From Thermodesulfobacteriota bacterium (lineage in GTDB: Bacteria > Desulfobacterota > Binatia > Bin18), in contig OZ219926.1 of NCBI GenBank assembly GCA_964291405.2, positions 2,496,001-2,560,000 of the forward strand: a DNA stretch of 64,000 nucleotides. The letters are read 5' to 3'. The stretch's first letter is position 1. Every line of letters begins with the position of its first letter. Positions 26,811 through 35,874 of this stretch are shown piece after piece. Both the position numbers and the translations under genes were made by a program. The notes beneath the pieces were generated by a model. The model worked only from the letters and a program-made list of their open reading frames with translations. It had not been told where the DNA came from and ran no database searches.

Positions 26811-27230
26811 ATGGAAGCAGCGCTCGAAGATCTCCTGAATCGACTGTTGGAAGCGGAACGCGCGGGTCATGCGCTTCTTGATACGTTGATACAGACCACT
26901 GCCGATTCAGGCCTCAAATCTTTATTTACCAGCTTCACCGAAGTTGAGGTCAGCGATGTATCGGTCCTGGAGGGACTCATCCGGCTTCACGGTGGAACGC
27001 CGTCCACGGCAACCGGGGATTTTGCGCAAAAAGTCCTCCAGATTGAGGACCTCCAGGGTCAGATTGACCTCCTGTCACGAGGCCAGGCGTGGGTCGCTCG
27101 CACGGTCGAACAAGCGCTCGATTTACAACCTCCTCCAGATATCGCAGCCTTTCTCAAGGAGATGGCAAATCGTCATCGACACAATGTGGAGTGGGCACGC
27201 GCGGAAGCCATACGGACCCTTGAGCCCTAA
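26811..27230 (+). CDS. Ferritin-like protein (DUF6306-like)
   Basis: LNRLLEAERAG, TGDF..K, RGQAWV, M...H..N. Confidence 0.7.
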   Translation: MEAALEDLLNRLLEAERAGHALLDTLIQTTADSGLKSLFTSFTEVEVSDVSVLEGLIRLHGGTPSTATGDFAQKVLQIEDLQGQIDLLSRGQAWVARTVEQALDLQPPPDIAAFLKEMANRHRHNVEWARAEAIRTLEP

Positions 27231-28335
27231 AACGACCCAGCGCCTGCCCCTCTTGCTAGGCAGCTTGGTTCTTGTCCAATTCCTGAGCATGGAGGCGACC
27301 ATTTCCCTGGATGCGGCCGTCTACCAATGGCTACAGTCGGCTCGGTCGTGTCATCTCGTCCACATCGGCATGCAGTGGAAAGACTCTCCCCTCTGGTATC
27401 TGATCTTGTTCGGCGGCCTGGGCGTCTGCGTACTCGGTCTGCAACGGCGTTGGACGGATATCGCTCACGCCTTGCTCATTGTCTTGAGCGGGGCTTTTCT
27501 CTCGGAATTGCTGAAAACCGGGCTGGACCGTGCCCGACCCAGCGCGCTGCCAGCGTGGCTCGTGGGTAATAGTTTTCCCAGCGGGCATGTAATCGGCGCG
27601 GTCCTCATCACTGGCACCCTGATTTTTTTCCTGTCTCGCAAAGATGTTCCTGTGTGGCTCAGGGTGTGGGGCAGTGGGATTGCGATCTGTCTCTCTGGTG
27701 TGATCATCTGGCAGCGGCTCTATCTTGGACATCACTGGGCGACTGATATCATTGGCAGCCTCCTCATTGCCGGTGCGCTGTTGAGTGTGGCCCTGCGCCC
27801 GCCTGCCTTCTTGCAGTCCGCCCGCCATGTCGTCTGCCTGGGCCTCATCTCCCTGCTCTGCTATCAAATGTTCTATTTTTTCCCGCAGACACGGGTGCTT
27901 CTGCCGTCTGTTCGGTCTCTTCAGACTGCCCCACTTGCCGCGTTCTCCTTTGGGGAAAACGCGCCACAGGGAGACCTCAGTGGGGACTGGGGCCGGCATA
28001 CCCAAGAGCCGATTGGTCCAATCTCCTGGGCTCGGCAGGGCGACGCCCGTATTACTCTGACCGTTCCGCAAGGAGAGGGAGCGGCCCTCCACGTTGTTGC
28101 CCGGCCATTTGTGAAATCAAAGGCATATACCTGCTTCCCGCTCGATATCATCGTGAACGGGCAGCTCGCCCAGCGCCTGCTCCTGTATAGAGGCTGGCGT
28201 GAATACCCCGTCCCTCTTCCGAACGGCTGGATTCATCCCGGGGACAATACCATTCTGTTCCGGACCGGAAAGGACTTCCCCATGGATGAAACGGACCGGC
28301 GGACCATAGCTTTCCACTCGGTGCAGCTTTTATAG
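27220..28335 (+). CDS. PAP2-family membrane phosphatase with a C-terminal soluble beta domain
   Basis: K....RARP, SFPSGH, RLYLGHHWATD. Confidence 0.85.
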   Translation: MSPKTTQRLPLLLGSLVLVQFLSMEATISLDAAVYQWLQSARSCHLVHIGMQWKDSPLWYLILFGGLGVCVLGLQRRWTDIAHALLIVLSGAFLSELLKTGLDRARPSALPAWLVGNSFPSGHVIGAVLITGTLIFFLSRKDVPVWLRVWGSGIAICLSGVIIWQRLYLGHHWATDIIGSLLIAGALLSVALRPPAFLQSARHVVCLGLISLLCYQMFYFFPQTRVLLPSVRSLQTAPLAAFSFGENAPQGDLSGDWGRHTQEPIGPISWARQGDARITLTVPQGEGAALHVVARPFVKSKAYTCFPLDIIVNGQLAQRLLLYRGWREYPVPLPNGWIHPGDNTILFRTGKDFPMDETDRRTIAFHSVQLL

Positions 28336-28364
28336 GAACGACAAGGAAATAGACGCCCTCAGTC

Positions 28365-28601
28365 TCAGTCGATCTCTCCAAACGGCGCCACGGCTTCTTC
28401 GAATTGCCTGAATTCATCCGCATCCCAGGCTCCGGCCAAGTGGCGAAGTCCGTTGCTGCGGCTTCCGCTCGGCGAGATGCCGAGAGCCTCCTGCATCAAG
28501 GACAGCACGGTCCGGTTCAGGGAGAGCCCCCGGCGGCGCCTTTCCGCATCGAGGGCTGAGGCCAACTCCGCCGGTATGTTACGGATGGTCATGGTCTTCA
28601 C
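28365..28601 (-). CDS. FitA-like ribbon-helix-helix antitoxin (orphan)
   Basis: MKTMTIRNIPAEL..AL..E....G.SLN; no toxin gene downstream. Confidence 0.75.
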   Translation of the reverse strand: MKTMTIRNIPAELASALDAERRRRGLSLNRTVLSLMQEALGISPSGSRSNGLRHLAGAWDADEFRQFEEAVAPFGEID

Positions 28602-28704
28602 CGGAGCCTCCTGCGAGCAGTCCAAAATGACAGTGCAGTTTAGTGCAGTCAACAAGATGTCCGAATGGGCAGTGATTCAGTTTCGAGAGGCCGGTCCTGA
28701 GCGT

Positions 28705-28787
28705 CCTTCGACTTCGCCCCTCCGGGGCTACGCTCAGGATGAGCGGCCGACCCGTTCACCCTGAGCGTAGCGGAGCGAAGTCGAAGG
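28705..28787. repeat. REP-like inverted pair
   Basis: CCTTCGACTTCGC...CTACGCTCAGGATGAGCGG / CCGTTCACCCTGAGCGTAG...GCGAAGTCGAAGG. Confidence 0.85.
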
Positions 28788-28925
28788 GTCCGGGATGAGG
28801 GAAAAATGCAAACTGAACCATTACCCTCGAACGAGAAAAATTCTTTTTGGTTTATCCGCTCGGAGACTCGTCCCTTGTGCGCTGCCAGACGAATACATAC
28901 AAGAGTATCGTGTGAAGGAATGCGC

Positions 28926-29311
28926 ATGTCTGCCGCTCCCACTGTCAAACCAAAAAACCTGACCGACTACTACGCCGCTCTCGAAGCCTACGAGAAGCAG
29001 GGTATAACGCACGAGGGGGCGCTGCGGTCCGCATTTCAGAATCTGCTGGCCGAAACCGGTCGGCGGACTGGCTGGACGCTTATTCCAGAATTGGCGAGCG
29101 GTTCCATCCGACCGGATGGAACGTTTCGGGATGAGTACTTTCTGAATCGGGGTTACTGGGAGGCCAAGGACACCGACGACAACCTTGAGGCCGAAATCCG
29201 GAAGAAAATCGACAAAGGCTACCCGCTCACCAACATCATCTTTGAAGACACCCAACGCGCTTACCTGTACCAGAACGGGCAGGTTGCCATGCAGGCCGAC
29301 CTGACCCAGCG
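28926..29311 (+). pseudogene. N-terminal fragment of a type ISP/IIG restriction-modification enzyme
   Basis: YY..L......HEGALRSAFQNLL, IRPDG, GYWEAKD, KGYPLTNIIFED; breaks off after about 128 aa. Confidence 0.8.
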
Positions 29312-29497
29312 CGTCTCCGCCGCCTGCAAGACTTGCTCACTGCCCAACGCCAACGGAACCTCGCCGAGGGCGAGCAACAGGAAGCGGCAAAGCTTGTTGA
29401 ACAGGAAGACCTGCTGACTCTTCGCAAATCGAAAGCGCTGTTACTCCTCAAGCAGCGAGGCGCTCTTACCCAGGACTTCCACGCCTCCGGCGTATAA
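29312..29497 (+). pseudogene. 3' half of the small helical gene usually found upstream of HNH nucleases
   Basis: RLQDLLTAQRQRNLAEGEQQEAAKLVEQEDLLTLRKSKALLLLKQRG...*; no start codon of its own. Confidence 0.55.
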
Positions 29498-29503
29498 GGT
29501 GGA

Positions 29504-29940
29504 ATGGCGTATATCCCTCTGCGTTACGCGAAGAGGTTGTTGAGCGGGCACAACATCGTTGTGAATACTGCAAGAGTCCAGAGTTGGTCACTGGTGGCCC
29601 TTTGCATATAGAACACATTTTCCCGGAAGCCCTTGGCGGTTTGACAATACCTGACAATCTGGCTTTATCCTGTGCTCGCTGCAATCTTCAGAAGGGCATG
29701 CGGACACATCATCGAGACCCGATCAGTGAACGTCTGGTACTCCTCTTCAATCCTCGTACTCAAAAATGGCTACGCCACTTCACTTGGAGGGGTAACGGGA
29801 CACACATTCAAGGGCGAACCCAAGTGGGACGAGCGACAGTGGATGCCCTTAATATGAATCATCCGACTATTGTCCGAGCACGTGGGATGTGGATGAGTCT
29901 GGGAATTCATCCTCCTTCTGAAGGGTCGGCTGAAAGATGA
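29504..29940 (+). pseudogene. HNH endonuclease, frameshifted near the start
   Basis: MAYI/PSALREEVVERAQHRCEYC...HIEHIFP...NLALSCARCN.QKG...LFNPR; ATG 29504 is one base out of frame (ATCCCT). Confidence 0.82.
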
Positions 29941-30260
29941 TTGATCTCCGCAGCCGAAACGCCCGCTATCCCGACCTCTCTCCTCACCAGCAGTATATGG
30001 TAATCGGGATTGAGGCCGATGCGTTTCGTATCCTCAATGATGAGGGGCGTCCGTATCTATATCCTGCTCGGCTCTTTGAAGTTGTCAATCCAAGCGAACC
30101 AGCCGATTGGGCCACCGAATTTGGGGAAGATGGCGAACGCTACGCCTATCCTCCACCGCTCAATGGTAGTGGCTTTTTCGAGGACTTCTTCGAGGCCGAC
30201 AAGGAAGCAGTCGCAACCTTCTGGCGCGTGCTGAAAGCGTCTTGCCGCGGCATGATGTAA
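29937..30260 (+). CDS. Conserved hypothetical protein
   Basis: ATGA overlap with the HNH stop; Y.VIGIEAD..RILNDEGRPYLYP...F. Confidence 0.6.
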   Translation: MIDLRSRNARYPDLSPHQQYMVIGIEADAFRILNDEGRPYLYPARLFEVVNPSEPADWATEFGEDGERYAYPPPLNGSGFFEDFFEADKEAVATFWRVLKASCRGMM

Positions 30261-30346
30261 GCCACAAAAGGCTAATGCTCTGGGTGACAATATCTTGTCT
30301 TGTCGGCCCCACTGGTGAGATTGATCTGCGAGGGTCAACCTGTCTT

Positions 30347-31492
30347 TCAGACTCCCTGCCGGGTTTCAGCTAACACCAGATCGACGACAGAACGCAGGGC
30401 CTCTTGCTCAGTGTCTCCTTCAAGGAGGCGCAAGCGGAAATGGTCAAGCTGCCGGTCGGCGCTGCTCCCGTAACGAATGATGGCCAGCGCGTGGCGCATC
30501 TCGTCTTCGCAGCCCAGGGCGTGAGCGTCATCGGCGAGGGTTTCGATCAGTTGAGTCGCGTAGTCCTGGATGTCCTGCCGTCCACCCCGGCCTGGGTCGC
30601 CGAGGAAGGCGAGCACACCGTAGCGCTGGGCGAGCCAGCGGTTCTCGGCAATGATCTCGGTGGGCGGTTCGGGGGGTAAACTTCCCTCCCGGTCCTGCCG
30701 CAACAGGTGGCGAATCAGCGCCGCGTAGAGGGCAGCAATGCATACGGCGTCGTCAATGAGTGGGCAGATGTCGCAGATGCGCATTTCCACGGTCGGGTAG
30801 GCTCGTGAGGGGCGGATGTCCCACCATAATTCGCTCGCGCTGGTGATAAACTCCATACGCTGGTAGTCGGCTATGAGCCGGTCGTACTCGGCCTGGGAAT
30901 ACAGTGGACCGGGCAGGCTGGTGCGCGGCAGAGCGCCGAACAGGTTGAGGCGGTAGGACTTGAAGCCGGTCTGGTGGCCTGAATTGAATGGCGATGAGGT
31001 GGACAGGGCGTGGAACAGCGGCAGGTAGCGCCGGAGCGCGGTCATGACCCGGATTCTCTCATCCGGGTCGCCAAAGCCGGCATGAATATGCATGCCGGCG
31101 ATGAGCCCACGTCGTATACTCTCCTGAAACGTGATCTCGAACCGCTCGTAGCGCTCCTTGGGCGTGGTCATCTGTGCCCGCCACTCTGCGAACGGATGGG
31201 TCGAGGCGGCCATGACCGTGGCTCCGTGTGCCTCCGCGGCCTCAATGACCAGCCGGCGAGTTTCGCACAGGGCGGCGCGCACCTCGGCCAGCGAGTGACA
31301 GACCTGGGTGTTGGTCTCGATCTGGGTTCGGAAAAGTTCGTGTACGACTTTGTGCGGTCCACTGTTGCGCTCGCAGGTCTCGAAAATGCCGGGGTCAGGA
31401 TCGGCCAGCAGGTCACGCGAGACGGGGTCTACGAGGAAGAATTCCTCCTCAACGCCCAGCGTGAGGTCGTCCCAGGTCTTATTGCTGCTCAT
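30347..31492 (-). CDS. Carboxylate-amine ligase, YbdK/GCS2 family
   Basis: TLGVEEE, ASTHPF, GMHIHAG, ALSTSSPF, WWDIRP, TVEMRICD. Confidence 0.92.
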   Translation of the reverse strand: MSSNKTWDDLTLGVEEEFFLVDPVSRDLLADPDPGIFETCERNSGPHKVVHELFRTQIETNTQVCHSLAEVRAALCETRRLVIEAAEAHGATVMAASTHPFAEWRAQMTTPKERYERFEITFQESIRRGLIAGMHIHAGFGDPDERIRVMTALRRYLPLFHALSTSSPFNSGHQTGFKSYRLNLFGALPRTSLPGPLYSQAEYDRLIADYQRMEFITSASELWWDIRPSRAYPTVEMRICDICPLIDDAVCIAALYAALIRHLLRQDREGSLPPEPPTEIIAENRWLAQRYGVLAFLGDPGRGGRQDIQDYATQLIETLADDAHALGCEDEMRHALAIIRYGSSADRQLDHFRLRLLEGDTEQEALRSVVDLVLAETRQGV

Positions 31493-31508
31493 ATCATTCC
31501 CCTGTTTT

Positions 31509-33170
31509 CTAATACCCCCCAAACCCCATATCGGTTGTGGCCTGGGCGTCCGGGTCGGTACAGACATTGACTAAGGCCGGCTTGCCGCTGGCAAACGCCC
31601 GTTCAATCGCGGCCTTGATGTCGGCTGGGTTCTCGACATACTCCCCGTAGCCGCCCAGCGCTTCGACCATTTTGTCATAGCGCTGATGGCCAAGCTCGCG
31701 ACCGACATTCTGCCGGCCCTGTTTGTCGCCGGCCGTCATATACCCGGTCTGGCGCGAGGTGAAACCGGCGTTGTTTGAGACCACGACGACGATAGGGATG
31801 TTATGTCGAATGGCCGAGTCCATCTCCATGCCATTCCAGCCGAAGGCGCCATCGCCGGACAGGACTAGGACGGGTTTGTCCGGCGCTGCCACCTTGGCCC
31901 CGATGCCGAACGGCACGCCTACGCCCATGCAACCGTGCGGGCCGGCATTGAGACTACCGCCGATGTCATACACAGGAATGGATTGGCGCGCAAAATTGAG
32001 GATTTCATGCCCGTCCACGACCAAAATGGTGTCGCGGCTGATCGTCTCGCGGACTTCCTTGCACAAGCGGAGCGGATGAACCGGGGTGGCGTCCGAGTGC
32101 AGCAGCGGAGCCGAGCGCTCCCTATTGGAGCGTTGTTTGGCTGCAAGCTGGGCAACCCAGGCGGTTTCCTGATTGGGGTCGAACTTGCCACCGGCCTCTT
32201 CCGTCAACTGCTGCAAAACGAGCTTGGCGTCACCGACAATGCCGACGGCCACCCCTCGATTATGACCAATGGCTCTACCATCCAGATTGACGTTGATAAA
32301 CTTTGCCGCGGGAGAAAAACGGGGGGCGCGGAGAAACGACAGCATGGAGTTTGCCCGCGCCCCAATGACCAGCACCACGTCAGCCTCGCGAAAGGCCATG
32401 GACCGAGCTGCGGGAAAGGCGCGATCATGATCTTCAGGAATGACGCCACGACCCTGCGGAGTGGTGAAAAAAGGAATGCCGGTGGACTCGACAAACCGTT
32501 GCAGTTCCGCGCTAGCCTCCGACCACAGGATACCGCTGCCGGTCACAATGAGGGGCTTCTCGGCCTGGGCCAGAAGCTCAATCGTCTGTTTGACCAGGGC
32601 CGGGTCTCCAGCCGGCCGACTTTCGATTCGATAGTTCTCCGGCCAGTAGACTTTCTCTTCGTCAACCTTATGCGCCAGCACATCGCCGGGCAGGTCGAGA
32701 TATACCGGGCCTTTCTTACCGTCCATGGCTTCCCGAAAGGCAATACTGACATATTCGGGCACCCGCTGGGCCATATCAATACGATACGCCGCCTTGACCA
32801 CGGGCTTCATCATGGCGACTTGGTCCATCTCCTGAAAGGCGTCAAGCGTGGTTGCCCGCATGGGAGCGGACCCGCCGATGGCAATAATCGGAGCGGAGTC
32901 CGCCCAGGCGTTGGCCAGTCCGGTCACGGCGTTGGCCGTGCCAGGACCGGACGGGGTGATACAGATGCCGGGCTTGCCCGTGACCCTGGCGTAGGCGTGG
33001 GCCATCATGGCCGCGGCCTGTTCATGGCGGACATAAATACCCTGCATGCCCAGGTCGAGACAGGCCGCCGCGGTGCCGCTGGTCGGCCCGCCCATCATGA
33101 AGAAAATGGTATCGACGTTTTCTCGCTTGAAACTCTGTGCAATCAATTCTTCCCCTCGAACTGTGCCCAT
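31509..33170 (-). CDS. TPP-dependent enzyme, oxalyl-CoA decarboxylase / 2-hydroxyacyl-CoA lyase-like
   Basis: VRHEQAA, SGPG, FQEMDQ, GCMGVGVPF, GDGAFG...NN TPP motif. Confidence 0.88.
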   Translation of the reverse strand: MGTVRGEELIAQSFKRENVDTIFFMMGGPTSGTAAACLDLGMQGIYVRHEQAAAMMAHAYARVTGKPGICITPSGPGTANAVTGLANAWADSAPIIAIGGSAPMRATTLDAFQEMDQVAMMKPVVKAAYRIDMAQRVPEYVSIAFREAMDGKKGPVYLDLPGDVLAHKVDEEKVYWPENYRIESRPAGDPALVKQTIELLAQAEKPLIVTGSGILWSEASAELQRFVESTGIPFFTTPQGRGVIPEDHDRAFPAARSMAFREADVVLVIGARANSMLSFLRAPRFSPAAKFINVNLDGRAIGHNRGVAVGIVGDAKLVLQQLTEEAGGKFDPNQETAWVAQLAAKQRSNRERSAPLLHSDATPVHPLRLCKEVRETISRDTILVVDGHEILNFARQSIPVYDIGGSLNAGPHGCMGVGVPFGIGAKVAAPDKPVLVLSGDGAFGWNGMEMDSAIRHNIPIVVVVSNNAGFTSRQTGYMTAGDKQGRQNVGRELGHQRYDKMVEALGGYGEYVENPADIKAAIERAFASGKPALVNVCTDPDAQATTDMGFGGY

Positions 33171-33235
33171 AGTGTTCCTCCTTATTTCTCCAGCTTCTCT
33201 GTTTCCTCTACCATATCCGCCCCAGCCAGGCGGGT

Positions 33236-35827
33236 TTAACCCCACTCGAAACCCGCCCGCAGATAATAGAACCCGCCGTTATACCCATACGGCGAGACGA
33301 CCGGGTATTTCATGCCATGGCGGCCGGCATACTTGTTTTTGGTCGGATATGTATCGAACAGGTTTTGCGCGCCAAGCGCCAGGGTCACGCCGCCGAACAC
33401 GCCGTTGAAAAAAGTATAGGACGCCTCCAGGTCGAGCAGGGCGCGCGCGTGGGCGTGGACAGGGTTTGTGGGTCTGAATATCGGGAAATCTTTGAAATCG
33501 TCGTAGTAATGGAGTCGGGTGAGCAACCGCCACGGTCCCCAGCTATGATCTGCGGTCAGCGTGAAGCGGAACTCTGGGTCGGTATTCTCAATCTGGGCGG
33601 CCCGCAGGTCATTGGTGATTTGCGGGTTACGCTTGTCGACCTTGGTATTATTCCAGTTACCGGCAAAGGTGAACATGGTAGAGCCGGCCCTGCCGTCGAG
33701 CCACTCCAGGGGGTAGGTCGCTACCACATCGAACCCCTGGGTCGTCGTGCCGAAGTCGTTGTTGAAGTAACTGACCTGGCCGCCCACAATGTCGATACCG
33801 GTGGCGGCCAAGGCGGCTTTATCCGCCTCGGTCAGGAGGAAATTCTGGCTTAACATAATCCGCCGGCGCACCTCCATATTATAGTAGTCGGCGGTGACAG
33901 ACAGGGCGCCGAGCGTGATGACCGCGCCGAGGCTGAAGCTGGTTGAGTGTTCGGGGCTCAGCGGCTTGCCCCCCTTCTGTTGGGCAATCGGATCGTTACC
34001 CGACAGCACATAGGTTAAGTTCAGTTCGCCGGTTTCGGCGTTGAGGCTCGATGTTATATTCCGATAGTTGGCCTGTCCGACAGTTGGCGCCCGAAAGTTC
34101 GTCCCGATGGAGCCGCGCAGTGCCAGGTAGTCGTCAAGCAGGCTCCAGCGGGCGGCCAGCTTGCCATTGAGAGATTCACCGATGCCTTTATGGTGCTCAA
34201 ACCGACCGGCGGCGGTGAGCAACACATCGGTCAGGACATCGGCCTCCAGGTCGAGATACGCGCCAAAACTGTCCCGGCTGGACTCGGTCGCCTCCGCGGG
34301 CGACGTGCCTGGGTGGCCGGAGACCGCGACCGCGAGGCCCTGTCGGGCCAGCATGTCGTCACGGAGATAGGAATTCGGCTCCCCGGTTCCGCTCTCAAAG
34401 GTTTCTTCACGGTACTCCAGGCCGAAAGCGACGTTCAGCGGAGAGGCGAACAGGCCGATGTCGAATGGCCGGGAGAGGTCCAGGTTGAATATCTTGTCCC
34501 GCTCCTCGTACCTGCGGGTTCTGTACTGGGTCGGAATCGCGGCCTTGAGGCTGATCAGATTCGGATTCACGCTGTTCCTGAGATAGGTGTCCATACCGTT
34601 CTGACCGAACCCGGCGCTCATATCGTAGTGCCAGCCGTCCAGCAGAGTGAGGGCGCTACGCAGACTCCCACGCAGACCGAAGGCGAGGCTCCAGTCGTTC
34701 ACCACACCCCGGAACCGGGGTGTGAACCCGCCCGGAAATGCCTGGGCCAGGGCGTAGCAGTCGTCCAGGCCCAGCAGCGGGGCGAGGGCGGCCGGGCCCT
34801 GCGTCACATAATCGCTCGCCGTGACCGTCGGGCAGTTGCCGGACCGCCCGTCCGCGGACAGGTCGGCGACCAGTAGTTCATCGCCCTGCGCGAACACGCC
34901 GGGAAAACTGGCCGGATTGCGCCAGTAGAACGTGTCTTCAATCTCGCGCTCCGCATAGTTACCGAAGGCATACAGCTGATGGTCGTCGCCGAGGTCCAGG
35001 CCGAGGTTGCCGAAGAATTTATAGTCATACTTCACGTCCGGGGCGCCCCAGGGCTGGGTCGCCGATCTGCGGATAAAGGCGTTGCCGTTCTCGATCATGC
35101 GGCGGGCATCGTCGCGCTGCACGCTGCGGTTGGTCGAATCCGCGTTGGTGAACTCAAAACTGAAGTTGGCAAAACCGGCCTCGGTCAGCGGCAGGCCGAT
35201 GTTGGCCGCGACATTCAGCCGGTCGCCGTCGCCGTGGTAGTGCTGCCCCAGATTGGTTTCCAGGCTGCCGCCCTCGGGCGCGTCGCGCAGCACGAAATTC
35301 AGCACCCCGGCCACTGCGTCAGAGCCATACTGCGCGCCGGCTCCGTCGCGCAGGACCTCCACTCGTTTGAGGGCGATGGACGGGATGGAGGCGATATCCG
35401 TCCCGTGCGAACCGCTCGCCAACCCATAACTCCAGCGGGTAATCGCGGAGGAGCGGTGTCGGCGTTTGCCGTTGACCAGCACCAGGGTCGAGTCCGGCGG
35501 CAGGCCGCGCAGCTTGGCCGGGCGGACCAGGGCGGCCTCGACACCGATACCATACTGAAAGACCTTGTAGGATGGGACGGTCGCGGACAACAGGTCGTTC
35601 ATATCCGTGCTGCCGTAGTGCTTGAGGCTGTCACCGTCAATCACGTCTACCGGCACAGGCGAATCCGCCGCGGAGCGGCCCGCCGAGCGGGAACCGACCA
35701 CCCGGATTTCTTCGAGTCCGACAACCTCCTCTTCCTGCTCAGCCTGCTGCGCCCCGGCCGGCGGCGAGCCTATCAAAACCAGGAGCGACACCAGGAGACC
35801 GCGTAGCGACTGTCCCGGTTTCCTCAT
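33236..35827 (-). CDS. TonB-dependent receptor
   Basis: Signal peptide, VVGSR, plug LRGL..TLVLVNGKR, VEVLRDGA..QYGSDAVAGVLN, aromatic C-terminus. Confidence 0.93.
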   Translation of the reverse strand: MRKPGQSLRGLLVSLLVLIGSPPAGAQQAEQEEEVVGLEEIRVVGSRSAGRSAADSPVPVDVIDGDSLKHYGSTDMNDLLSATVPSYKVFQYGIGVEAALVRPAKLRGLPPDSTLVLVNGKRRHRSSAITRWSYGLASGSHGTDIASIPSIALKRVEVLRDGAGAQYGSDAVAGVLNFVLRDAPEGGSLETNLGQHYHGDGDRLNVAANIGLPLTEAGFANFSFEFTNADSTNRSVQRDDARRMIENGNAFIRRSATQPWGAPDVKYDYKFFGNLGLDLGDDHQLYAFGNYAEREIEDTFYWRNPASFPGVFAQGDELLVADLSADGRSGNCPTVTASDYVTQGPAALAPLLGLDDCYALAQAFPGGFTPRFRGVVNDWSLAFGLRGSLRSALTLLDGWHYDMSAGFGQNGMDTYLRNSVNPNLISLKAAIPTQYRTRRYEERDKIFNLDLSRPFDIGLFASPLNVAFGLEYREETFESGTGEPNSYLRDDMLARQGLAVAVSGHPGTSPAEATESSRDSFGAYLDLEADVLTDVLLTAAGRFEHHKGIGESLNGKLAARWSLLDDYLALRGSIGTNFRAPTVGQANYRNITSSLNAETGELNLTYVLSGNDPIAQQKGGKPLSPEHSTSFSLGAVITLGALSVTADYYNMEVRRRIMLSQNFLLTEADKAALAATGIDIVGGQVSYFNNDFGTTTQGFDVVATYPLEWLDGRAGSTMFTFAGNWNNTKVDKRNPQITNDLRAAQIENTDPEFRFTLTADHSWGPWRLLTRLHYYDDFKDFPIFRPTNPVHAHARALLDLEASYTFFNGVFGGVTLALGAQNLFDTYPTKNKYAGRHGMKYPVVSPYGYNGGFYYLRAGFEWG

Positions 35828-35874
35828 ATACTTCTCTCACCCATTGACTGAGCCTGGTGCGTGAGCGCCAGGTC

